64,000 bases of DNA from Eledone cirrhosa (Eukaryota): the NCBI GenBank assembly GCA_964016885.1, contig OZ024754.1, forward strand, positions 29,512,001-29,576,000. The letters are read 5' to 3'. This document shows, one piece after another, positions 1 through 12,100 of this stretch; within the stretch, counting starts at the first letter, position 1; each line of letters starts with the position of its first letter. The position numbers were made by a program, and so were the translations under genes. The notes under the pieces are model-generated. The model made no database searches. It was not told the origin of the DNA and saw only the letters and a program-made list of their open reading frames with translations.

Positions 1-39
1 TCAGATATACAATTGTGTATACATGAGGAATTGTAGCAT

Positions 40-172
40 GATAGCTGTCGAAACGGCTTGAGCTCTGTCGTCGGGGTTCTGACTCTTTTCCTATTACCCA
101 CTCTACTACCCAAAGTATCGAGTACTCTGGTGCGTTATGGTCCACCTCGTTCCTTACCACACTTCCTTCGTT
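40..172 (+). repeat. Dispersed short repeat (PLE-terminus-like) ending in a (TA)n tract
   Basis: Matches 41558-41688 (+) and 16411-16535 (-): TAGCTGTCGAAACGGC...AGTATCGAGTACTCTGGTGCGTT. Confidence 0.65.
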
Positions 173-999
173 ATATATATAAATGCGTATAAATATTGAA
201 GCCATGTCATCAACTGTACTTTATAGAAAATTGATCACACTAGATTCAATCTCACGGTCAATATAATTATTGGTATTAAGCTGATTATCTGTTGTATGTC
301 ATATTTATCTTCCTTGCATTGCATGTTTAGTTGTCATATTTCAAAACCTTGGTGATTAAATGTTGTTTCTGAAATAATTTTGTTAAATGTACACTGTTAT
401 AATTTAGTAGTTCTGTCAATGAAATCATTTCATATTAATCGATCTCACACAACTGTAGATCTTCAGAAGATATAGGGCAATATATCATATCTTGTGTTGG
501 CCATCATTCAAAATTCGTTTCCCGTGTCCATCAAATTTATGGTTGGTTTTGTTTTGTAGACGTTTATATAGGGAGAATACTTTCCAAGTAATGATAACCC
601 ATATTTAATTATAGTTGGGTGATTTTATAATTCATTTTCTAAACGTAGATCGCTGATATGATCAAATTAGTTTAAGCAGAGTGAAAACTCTGTAAAATGT
701 AAGCTGGTAAATTGCTCGTCAATTACAATATCAGGGAACTATTATAATATTCTAACAGAACATACACTTAGATAGGGAGATGCAAAATAGGGATAATTTC
801 TATACAGCCATTGTAGGGTAGTACCATAAAGCCTGTGTATTTGTGTAATCATTTTTCCACCATATTTGCGGATATACAGAAAGAGATAATGTCTTTTCCG
901 ACCACAATGCAACAGCAGAGCAGCATCATGGAGGATATATCCATCCACTGTGCCCGAGAATTAATTACGTACTTAAGGAATCGTGTAAAATAAAACATA

Positions 1000-1620
1000 G
1001 AATGGAATGCAATCTGTTCATGTATGTTCTAAGAATATTAGAGATGAATGTGAAAGATGATTACAACTGGCAAGTGGATTCTTACTGAACAGTTGACATG
1101 TTCTAGAAGAGTTTACTCGGTCAATCTCGGACCAGATGCAACCCGAAACCAATGATTCAGCTGTGACATTCGTATGAAACGTGAATGTGAAGAAGTAGGG
1201 TGGATCCAGAACTTGCTTGGACTATAAGAGGTTTGGACAATATCGTCTGATCTCCCAGATTTGTGTAAGAATTATTCGGAGTTCATCTGCAAGAAAAGAC
1301 AATTGCTGCTGTCCTGTGGTCAGAAGCAGGCATCATAGTCTACGGAGTTTAGCTGACAGTCCATATGAGAGTTGTGTAGATGAACAGCATGAGTGTAAGA
1401 TGAATAAGTATGAAGACATTACCAAGGAGGGGGGTATCAATGCTTAATAAAGACAGTGGAAGTTGGTGTATGTGGATTTGTCACAACTCCGACGTGTGAC
1501 CCTCTAGGTTAGCTTGAAATCAAAGATTAGAGAAGAACAGCATCAATCAAACACTTGTAAGAGAAGGCTGAGAAAAAGCTCAATGTAGTTTTGGTGAAGG
1601 AGGAATGGTAACTGGAGTTA
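1000..1620 (+). pseudogene. Decayed 3' end of an R2-superfamily (HERO-like) non-LTR element, REL endonuclease region
   Basis: Frameshifted remnants LTV-PYE..EQHECKMNKYEDI and TVEVGVCGFV (1453-1482) resemble the ELTVPWE..HERK..KY..VEVGCRGF motifs. Confidence 0.6.
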
Positions 1621-1689
1621 AGATAAGATACATCAGGCCACACACGTTGTTTACTGTTTAAGCGGATATGAAGTGTTAATTCTACCAAT

Positions 1690-1960
1690 GGTCATCGTGG
1701 CCGTGTGGTGTAAACCAGAAGTATGGACAAGAAGATCATCAGAAGGTCCCGGGTTCATAAACCGCTGGAGAAGAAAAACAGCAGGAGGACACATAGGATT
1801 CATGATCTGGGTGGGTCCGGCTCCCTTAAAATGTCAGGAGTAATCAAAGTCTGAATTACTTGCTTTGTGGGAAGTCTTCCTCTGAATATCCTCCTATCGT
1901 GCATTTGCCATGTCACGAGTTGCCGCCCAATATGTAGACCGTTCTTCTGAAGATGTTTTT
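1690..1960 (+). mobile_element. tRNA-derived SINE-like element
   Basis: A-box-like TGGCCGTGTGG and B-box-like GGTTCATAAACC; 3' limit uncertain. Confidence 0.45.
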
Positions 1961-1983
1961 CATATATATTTAATTCTCTCTCT

Positions 1984-2098
<115 letters not shown>

Positions 2099-2141
2099 TG
2101 TAGGGATGTAAGTAATATGTGTTTTTCGTATATATATATAA

Positions 2142-2212
<71 letters not shown>

Positions 2213-2744
2213 TGTGTTTTTCCATTGCTGTGCCACAGTAAATAAAAATGAAATTTGATCGATTGATTTCGTATTTGGGAGTATAAAATAAAAGTTAATT
2301 ATAATTATATTGAAATCGTTGCGTGCTTGACTTGTATTTACTACGAGAAAACCACCCAGACTAGATAAATATTCTAAAGGAAAATTATAGGCATGCAGTA
2401 AACGTTATACAAACTTAAGATGTTATTGTTGCTGAAGGAAAACAATCTTTAGATGCTCTGTATCTGTATATAATCATTATATTGCATGTTATATGTAAGA
2501 TGAAGAATCACAGTCACATTTAAAAACTTACGTTCAAAAATTGCAGACAGCAGCATTGATAAAATAACCAATTTTGATCAATACAGACATAAATACAAAT
2601 TTACATATATAAATATGATTTTAAGCATACACTTATATGGAAACATAAGAGCATAGATACATACATACACAAATAGAGAGACTGGTCGATAGATAGGTAG
2701 ATAATACACACACACACAGATATATATATATATATATATATATA

Positions 2745-4457
2745 TAGAAAAGATGAATATAAAATGAAAGTGCTTTTATAAAGGAATTTATTAGGTATTG
2801 ACATATGTTTCTGTAACAGACGGAATACCTATGTATCGCTGCTTGCGTAATCATATAATGTTAGCAAGTATTCGATAGCAAATGTATAATCAGTTGTCAC
2901 TTCTTCAGAGATATTGGATAAATTGGAAAAAATCAGAAAAATTGAAGTATTTATATGAGTTGTAAGAAAGGAAGAAGAGAGGGGATAGTATATGACAGAT
3001 GGCAATTCAATTTGCTGGTAAACAAGTATATGGAAGGATTTTTATGAGAATACAATGAGTATATGGCTTATTTTATCTACATAAGAATTTTTGGGAGTGC
3101 CTATTTTAATCTATATTTGACCAATTGAACAATGGGCAGGGTTGGTCGTTTGGTGTAGAAGTATTAATACAGATATAAAGTGTCAAGTAAGGAAGAGAGA
3201 GATTTTCACTGCTACTGTATAACAACAATGCTGGTAGCCTGCTGGTATATGCATTAGGGAATTGAATTAAGAAATCTCATTTTATCTATAGCAGTTTATA
3301 TTAAATGGTAAAGAATAGAAGAGTTGATAGAATTAAAACTAATAGAGAATGTTAATATGTATTTTGATGTATATGCAGGGGCAAGCACTATTATATCCCA
3401 TTTTAGGTTAAATTGCTGGTTATTTTCGCGCAGCTGCCATGCCTTGTCTGCGAGTGTTGTTACATATCGCAGAGAAGGCTTGGCAGCTGCACGAAAATAA
3501 CCAGCAATTTAACCTAAAATGGGATATAATAGTCATTGCCCCTGCATATGCCAAGGACAGGAATTTTGTAAATTGTGTAATATGGAATTATTTTTGTATT
3601 ATGAAATCCAAAAATATTTTATTAAATAACAGAATAGAGCGATCCTTATACTGTAACCATCGCTTGAAATCTACATTTTCATATTACAAACGCTACCAGG
3701 TTGAACGCCTGTCTCCATCTCCGTTTGATTGTCAAAATACATATTAACATTCTCTATTAGTTTTAATTCTATCAACTCTTCTATTCTTTACCATTTAATA
3801 TAAACTGCTATAGATAAAATGAGATTTCTTAATTCAATTCCCTAATGCATATACCAGCAGGCTACCAGCATTGTTGTTATACAGTAGCAGTGAAAATCTC
3901 TCTCTTCCTTACTTGACACTTTATATCTGTATTAATACTACTACACCAAACGACCAGCCCTGTCCATTGTTCAATTGGTCAAATATAGATTAAAATAGGC
4001 ACTCCCAAAAATTCTTATGTAGATAAAATAAGCCATATACTCATTGTATTCTCATAAAAAACCTTCCATATACTTGTTTACCAGCAAATTGAATTGCCAT
4101 CTGTCATATACTATCCCCTCTCTTCTTCCTTTCTTACAACTCATATAAATACTTCAATTTTTCTGATTTTTTCCAATTTATCCAATATCTCTGAAGAAGT
4201 GACAACTGATTATACATTTGCTATCGAATACTTGCTAACATTATATGATTACGCAAGCAGCGATACATAGGTATTCCTTCTGTTACAGAAACATATGTCA
4301 ATACCTAATAAGTTCCTTTATAGAAGCACTTTCATTTTATATTCAGCTTTTCTACATTTTCTCCGGAATATAATTTATACTCGTTGAGCAAACTTACACG
4401 TACGCTGTTCATCTCTAACGTGACGATATATTATCACTACATTATTGATAACTTGAA

Positions 4458-4462
<5 letters not shown>
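2745..4462. mobile_element. Penelope-like element 3' fragment with inverted duplication
   Basis: 2745-3446 is the reverse complement of 3475-4354, lacking ~3551-3731; both ends lie in (TA)n. Confidence 0.8.
3470..3700 (+). pseudogene. C-terminal part of a PLE GIY-YIG endonuclease (decayed)
   Basis: NLKWDIIVIAPAY...C...ILLNNRIERSLYCNHR resembles the PLE KW.II..A.PY....C.LC..E....LLN.R.E....C.H tail. Confidence 0.7.
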
Positions 4463-4517
<55 letters not shown>

Positions 4518-4518
4518 G

Positions 4519-5035
4519 TAAATTAATAAAAATAATGAATAAACACAAAGAAACAGTTACTTATATTAAAAAATTCATCATTTTACGATCGTTTCTAGGA
4601 TATATATGTTAGTGTTGGTATGTTTATCATATAGGTCTATGTAAAATGTTTACAAACTATCAGAGGGAATATACATACCTACACATATATATGCTGTCTT
4701 CAGAAATGATTATTTCTGAAGACAGCATATATATGTGTAGGTATGTATATTCCCTCTGATAGTTTGTAAACATTTTACATAGATCTATATGATATACATA
4801 CCAACACTAACATATATATCCTAGAAACGATCGTAAAATGATGAATTTTTTAATATAAGTAACTGTGTCTTTGTTTTTATTCATTATTTTTATTAATTTA
4901 TCTTGACTCTGTTTTCCTGTATTTTTCATAGAAAAAATTTTTTTGAATACATCTTCTCTTTTCATGATATTCGGATTACATTGAGTTCTTCATACGGATT
5001 GGACACTACCGTATATTTTGGTAGATTTATCAATA
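4519..5035. mobile_element. Fold-back PLE-type terminal repeat with a hammerhead on each arm
   Basis: Arms 4519-4707 and 4712-4900; relatives at 21133-21822, 23740-24283, 44150-44340 and 47655-47900. Confidence 0.75.
4709..4842 (+). ncRNA. Type I hammerhead ribozyme motif with long helix II
   Basis: ATTATTT-CTGAAGA-(~100-nt hairpin)-GAAAC-GATC-GTA-AAATGAT; mirror copy on the minus strand at ~4577-4710. Confidence 0.65.
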
Positions 5036-5529
5036 TATACGTATATATATATATATTTATATAGTAAAATAATAAACGTAAAGGATAAAATCCGAAGAGG
5101 GCTCGATAAGGATAATATATATATCAAATATATAAAAACCATAGAGCAAATATTTATTAAAATAACAGATTAAAGTTTAAGCAAATAATCGCTTCTTTCA
5201 CACATAACGGGATCTTCAGAAGACTAATAAGCCTTACTATTTAGACTTGATCAAATGAATATAGATGTATATATATGAATATCGTATTCCACAGAGATTT
5301 TCTGACTAGAAATAGGTAGTAGCTTAATCACTACATTGCTATTCGATGCATCGACCTCCAACGATCAATCGTCCCTCTGAAACGATCGTAATACAAGGAA
5401 CTAACTAACTACCCACGTCTGACATGTCTTTTTTCATCGTTTTATGCGCAAACACACACACACATACAAACACACACAGACACATACACACATACACACA
5501 CACACAAATATATATATATATATAAAAGG

Positions 5530-5745
5530 AACGATCGACTTTCGTCAAATCGGACCGAGGGAACAATGTTTCCGCTGGTCTTTCAATTGCTAATACTATC
5601 TATCGGTCGCAACTCCAGGTAGAAGGAGCAACGTGATATAAAGCGTCTTGCTCAAGGACATAACGCATCGCCTGGTCCAGGAATCGAACTCACAACCTTA
5701 CGATTGCGAATCCAATTCTCTAACCACTCAGCCACACGCATTCAC
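5530..5745 (-). mobile_element. tRNA-derived SINE with V-domain-like core
   Basis: Minus strand: TGGCTGAGTGGTTAG (A box), GAGTTCGATTCC (B box), TGTCCTTGAGCAAGACGCTT. Confidence 0.7.
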
Positions 5746-6132
5746 TATATATATGGCTGTAAAAGGTAAACAGATATAACAACGCAAATGGTACAGTATA
5801 TGGAAGGAATATATTAGTTTAATGCTTGAAATAGCAGGAAGAGGGTCTTAACTTTTCGGACATTAGAAATTAGAAAGAATATATATATACACACACACTT
5901 ACATCGGTCAATATTCTTACACTGTATCTTCTAAAATATTTCAAACATACCAGTAGTTTCTTTCTTCCTCCAAACTTTATATCAGAGACCAGTTGTTAAA
6001 TCGATAAACTTCTCCCTTGAGAATGGTTTGAGAAGAATTCCATTAATTACGGCTTAGTTTTTTGTAGTCACTATTCCTTCCAACGATTTCGTGTTATGAA
6101 TTAAAATAAAAATAAAAATAGGATAATAATAA

Positions 6133-6170
<38 letters not shown>

Positions 6171-6185
6171 GTAATAATAATAATA

Positions 6186-6356
6186 ATTGTTTCTATTTTT
6201 AGGCACAAGGCCAGCAATTATCCAGTACATTACTGGTACTTTATTTTATCGACCCCGTAAGGATGAAAGGCAAAGTTAACCTCGGCGGGATTTGAACTCA
6301 GATCATAAAGGGACGTAACTCTATGCTTCAAAGCATAGAGTTACGTCCCTTTATGT
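6186..6356 (-). mobile_element. Nin/Deu-core SINE, 5'-truncated, with a terminal inversion
   Basis: Core GCCTTTCATCCTTACGGGGTCGATAAAATAAAGTACCAG; hairpin at 6304-6356. Confidence 0.85.
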
Positions 6357-6371
6357 AATAATAATAATAAT

Positions 6372-7015
6372 GATTTCATTTATTAGCCACAAGGGCCGAC
6401 ATGTAGGGGACAATACAAAGACAGGGACAGTGGGGTTTACAATAAGGTCGAGTAAAAGTACACAATGGCAAGACTAATTTAACAATGAAGATATAAAAAT
6501 ATAAAATAAACTATGCGTAAATATAACAAAATAAATTCCCCTATAGGGGTGGACGACCCACGGGTGACTCAGGTACCCCACCAATCCTGAACCACCCTGC
6601 ACTTCTAGGGCACCGAGGGAGAGTATCCCAAGGGCCATTCTCGCCACATTCATCCACCTTTTAGCAATTGTACAGGAGGGTAGCACTTCTCTCTCCGCCC
6701 TCACCTTCCTTTCCAGGTGAAACTTAAAGAAGTTAATGAGGGATTGGCCGAAGAGAAAAGTGTCTGTCTTCATTCCTTTTAATCTGGTCCACCTATAATC
6801 TCTTTCGCAACGGCCACCAGACAGAGGAAAATTGCCTGCTCTTCCTGATCTAAGGAAGGCGGCGGGTCGATATTCACTATGGACTCGGCCGATAGCCGGA
6901 TTCGTTCCATACGCGACAGTAGCGGTCCGTCTGACAGCACTTCCGTGCCTGTAGAGTTTATCATTAGCCACGGCATACCTAGCCCTCCGCGTAGAGGGTG
7001 GTGCAAAAGTGGTGC
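6372..7015 (-). mobile_element. 3' fragment of an L1/Tx1-like LINE (ORF2 C-terminus plus 3' UTR)
   Basis: Frameshifted peptide FLCLVAVAKE../..WTRLKG..FFKFHLERKVRAERE..KRW; AATAAA near the 3' end; clade assigned by resemblance only. Confidence 0.5.
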
Positions 7016-7032
7016 ATAATGATAATAATGAA

Positions 7033-7096
<64 letters not shown>

Positions 7097-7097
<1 letters not shown>

Positions 7098-9125
7098 GAC
7101 CTATCACATGTCTGCCCGTAATGTGGAAACTGTTGACGAGCATTGTGTCTGAGGAAATCTACCATCACCTCCACACAAACAACTTGTTGCCGGACGAACA
7201 GAAAGGATGCCGAAAGAAGTCACGTGGTACAAAGGACCAGTTGCTTATTGATAAGATGGTAATGGGGAATTGCAGGAGGAGACACACTGATCTTGCCATG
7301 GGATGGATAGACTACAAAAAGGCATTTGACATGGTGCCTCATTCCTGGATCACCAAAAGCCTGGAGATCTTCAGGGTGGCAGATAACATCAGACAGTTGC
7401 TGGGCAGGAGTATGGGGTCCTGGGAGACAGAGTTGACATCAACTGGAGTATCCTTGGGAAGCGTGAAGATCAAGAGAGGTATCTTCCAGGGAGATAGCCT
7501 GTCCCCTCTGTTGTTTGTCCTTGCCCTGATGCCCTTGACCATTATGCTGCGAAAAGTGAGAGCAGGATACAAGTTGGGAAGGGGAGAGCTTACCATCAAT
7601 CACCTCCTCTTCATGGACGATCTTAAGCTCTTCGGGAAAAGTGAGAGGGAGTTGGATGTGCTTGTTGACACTGTCCGTATTTTCAGCAGTGATATATGTA
7701 TGCAGTTTGGTATTGGTAAATGTGGAGTCATTGTGATGAGGAGGGGTAGGTTGAGCAGAAGTAACGGGATCCAGATACCAACAGGTGAGATGATAAAGGA
7801 AATTGACTCTGAGGAAGGATACAAGTATTTGGGCGTTCTGGAGGCTGATGGCATAAAGAACAAAAAAATGAAGGAATTGTTAAGAACTGAATACATTCGG
7901 AGAGTAAGGAGCGTATTGAAGTCACATCTGAACAGCAGAAATGCCATAAGCGCAGTAAATTCCCGAACTGTGTCTATTATTAGGTACAGTGCGGGAATTC
8001 TGAGATGGAATGTTGCTGAACAAAAAGAAATGGAGAGGAAGACTAGGAAGCTATTGACTATCTACAACATGTTCCACAAGAGGAGTGATGTCGATAGACT
8101 CTACCTAAGGAGATCTGAGGGTGGAAGAGGTCTTATCAGCATAGAGGACTGTGTTCAGATGGAGAAAAACAACCTATACAAATACGTGACCTATAGTAAG
8201 GAGCCAATGCTCAGAGCTGTACTGAAGGAGGGGACAGTAGGCCAGGGGATATCCAAGGAGGAAATAACATCAAGGAGGAAGAGCAGCCTTAAGGGAAAAT
8301 CCCTTCATAGTATCTTCTTTGAGAAAACTGAATTTAGAGATCCACAGACATGGAACTGGTTGAGAAGAGGAGACCTCAAAAAGGCTACAGAAGGAATGCT
8401 AATGGCTGCGCAGGAGCAGGCCCTCAAAACGAAGTGGTTGAAGCACCATATCTACAAGGAGGAGGCTAGCCCACTGTGCAGGATCTGTGGAGAGAGAGAG
8501 GAGACTGTGGCTCACATTGTGTCCGAGTGTAAACACCTAGCCCAGACCCACTATAAGGGCTGGAGACACGATGTGATGGGCAGGGTGATCCACTGGCACC
8601 TGTGCAAAGTAAACAATCTACCACATTCTGAGAAATGGTATGAGCATAGGCCAGAGGCGGTGATGGAGAACAGTCAGGTGAAGGTGCTGTGGGATTTTAG
8701 GATACAGACGGACAAAAAACTGGAACACAATAGACCTGACCTGGTGGTTGTGGATAAAGAAAAAAGATCGTGCCTGATTGTGGATGTGGCCTGCCCGTTC
8801 GACACGAGAGTGCAAGAGAAGGAGAGGGAGAAAATTAACCGATACCAGGACCTAAAGTGGGAGGTGAAAAGGATTTGGAACTGCCATGAAGTCAAAGTGA
8901 TCCCGATTGTCATAGGCGCACTGGGGACTATCTCCAAAGGTTTCCAGGGATGGTTAAAGAAAATCGGCCCCTTCACGCTTTTTGGAACGCTTCAAAAGGC
9001 ATGCTTGCTTGGAACGGCAAGAACCCTCCGATACGTCCTGAATATCTGAGGCTGCAGGTAGTGGCTTGATATTCAATCCAACGGACTTTCCAGTTAACCA
9101 ACATCAATGACTGAGATTCAAGGAA
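7097..9125 (+). mobile_element. 5'-truncated R4/Dong non-LTR retrotransposon in (TAA)n
   Basis: Near-identical to 11664-13690; open frame to the stop at 9049 (RT, CCHC, REL); (TAA)n on both sides. Confidence 0.95.
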
Positions 9126-9154
9126 TAACAAAATAATAATAATAATAATAATAT

Positions 9155-12100
9155 TAGGGAAGAAGACGCACGAGGTGACGGAGGTCATGAAATCGCTCCC
9201 GTAAGTTTTGAATTTTTAACATATTTAAACCATTTGTGAAATAACAACTCTTAGTGCAAATGCTACGTAAAGCACCCGGCTTGAGCCCCAAAAAATTCGG
9301 ACCCAAAATATATTGTTATAAGGCTCAAATATTCAAATATTCAACTTTGTATTGTACACTGTATATCCCCCCAAAAAAATGGCTATAAATGGAAGAAGAA
9401 GAACCCCCCCCCCCTCCTCTCCTCTGGCTACACTATATAGGACAGCTAAACTCACCAACACCAGAAACTAGATACACCACCCACCCCATCATCTGTGTAC
9501 ACTAAACACAACAGCATTTTCACCTTCACCGCCACCGCTCACTACGGCCATCATTACCACCACTATCCCATCACCGCCGCCACCACCCCTTGACTCCTTC
9601 ACTGCTGCTGCCACCGCTACAGCACCATCACTACAGTAATACGGTCGCATCACCGCCACCACTGCCTCGGTATCGACATCACCACCACCACTGTCTCAGT
9701 ATCGCCAACGCCGCCAGTCTCTGCTGGCTGCCACTTCCACATTATAGAATTCCTACTACTAACAAAGAGGAAGGCATCAAAATATATAGATAGACTCAAA
9801 AGAAAAAAGAAAAAACAAACAACAAAACCAAAGCAGCACAGCAACAACAGCAAAAAACGAGAAAAACAAACAGAGAAAAACAAAAACAAAAAAAGAAACC
9901 CCAAAAACGTAAAGAAAATAAGAATGAAGAGAGAAGCAAGCGGACGGACAGAGAAGAGGGGGGAAAAAGTAAAACTTAAAAAACAAAAACTAAGTCAGAC
10001 ATTCGAATACTACATTACAATGAAACTTATGCTTATTCATTTTTGGGGCCCTTTCTGCCCGTGTGTTTGTTTGTTTATGTGTGTTCGTATACAGCGTGGT
10101 GATAATGCCACACAAGGGCCAAGTGGGATGGCGGATCCACAGATGGCTATGTAAACATACATTCGCCAATCCTCGATAAGAGTGTTTAAATATCGAACAT
10201 AAACAGTTCGAATAACGGTGAAATGGAGACTAGAACGTCATGTGACAGACTCTCACCCAACAGGTGCCCCCTGGCTCAGCAGCAGGAACCTGACTGTCAA
10301 CCAAATACTGCTGATGTTGGAGGAAGAAGAAGAAGGAAAGGGGCCAGAACCAACTGGACGAAAGAATTGAATAGAACTGTTATGCAATGCTACCTGAAAA
10401 GTAACCCCAAGGAGAGGGGCTACAGGAGACGGATGCATAACATCTGGAACGAGATTGGTTTATTTAAATTAGATGAACAAAAATTGGCCGGGCAGGCTCG
10501 GGTAATAAGAACTAATGGGTGGATAAGCGAGCTGGAACTGGAGGAACTGAGCAGAGAGAATGGCTTGGAGATGGCGGGTGTAGTATGCCAGACAAGCGAG
10601 CCGGAGGGAAATGAAGGTGAGGAGGTCCTGAGAACGGAGGAACCACCCGAAGCAGACAATGATCTGAATACTGAGATAAATAATACCTGGAACAGAGATA
10701 CGGCCACTGAGGAGATGAATGCTGACGGGCTAGGACAAGATTCGGTTGACATCCTAAATTTAGTGGTAGATGAGTTGAACAATGATAGTGGGAGACCTAT
10801 GAACCTAAGATTTGTAGACAGGAAAAAGTTAAAAGAAACAACAGCTAAGGTAAACAAAGTCATCCCATACCTTGAGGCGAGGAGTCTTCACCAGTGCAAC
10901 AATATCCTCAAAGCAACAGCAAATACGGTGAGGAAACTACTTGGTATAAAAGCGAGAGGAAACAACAGACAAGAAAGAGCAGAGCCGTGGTGGAAGAAGC
11001 GACTGAGTGGGCAAATCGGGGAAATGAGAAATGACATAGGAAAGCTTGAGTCACTACTGAATGGGACACTAAAAAACATAGGCACTAAAAATAGACTGGA
11101 AATAAAATACAAAACTAGGAGTAAAAAGCTAAATATTATCATAGAGGAATTGAAGCAACGCATTGTAGCAAAGAGTGCCAAAATCAGGCGATACGAGAAC
11201 AGAGTCAGTCAGTATAAACAGAACCGCATGTTCGACAACAACCAGAAGATGCTGTTTGGACAGCTTGAGGGGAAAGAAAGAGGCAACGACTTGATCCCTG
11301 GGGCGGAACAAGCTAAAACATTCTGGAGAGGAATATGGGAGCAGGATGTTAGACACAATGCCCAGGCAGGGTGGATTGAGACAGTACAGAGGGAGATCGG
11401 TGAGCAGGCACAACAACAGAATGATTTGAGTATCACAGTTGAAACTCTTAAGGGGCAAGTCAAAAAACTAACCAACTGGAAATCACCAGTCCCAGATGGT
11501 GTGCAGGGGTATTGGATTAAACATTTAACATCCCTCCACCCGAAGCTGACGGCCATGTTCAATGACTGCTTGGTGTCGGGTGAGGTGCCAGAGTGGTTGA
11601 CAAAAGGTACCACAGTTCTGATAATGAAAGACCGAATCAAGGGTAATGATGTTACCAACTATAGACCTATCACATGTCTGCCCGTAATGTGGAAACTGTT
11701 GACGAGCATTGTGTCTGAGGAAATCTACCATCACCTCCACACAAACAACTTGTTACCGGACGAACAGAAAGGATGCCGAAAGAAGTCACGTGGTACAAAG
11801 GACCAGTTGCTTATTGATAAGATGGTAATGGGGAATTGCAGGAGGAGACACACTGATCTTGCCATGGGATGGATAGACTACAGAAAGGCATTTGACATGG
11901 TGCCTCATTCCTGGATCACCAAAAGCCTGGAGATCTTCAGGGTGGCGGATAACATCAGACAGTTGCTGGACAGGAGTATGGGGTCCTGGGAGACAGAGTT
12001 GACATCAACTGGAGTATCCTTGGGAAGCGTGAAGATCAAGAGAGGTATCTTCCAGGGAGATAGCCTGTACCCTCTGTTGTTTGTCCTTGCCCTGATGCCC

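Noticed and set aside
400-960. Possible decayed PLE coding remnant on the minus strand
   Set aside because: Too degenerate; no motif could be confirmed
6998-7096. N-terminal poly-Ile extension of the 683-aa ORF
   Set aside because: It is the (TAA)n target tract fused in frame to a 5'-truncated element
9155-9210. HDV-like ribozyme at the presumed Dong 5' end
   Set aside because: The nested double pseudoknot could not be assembled by eye
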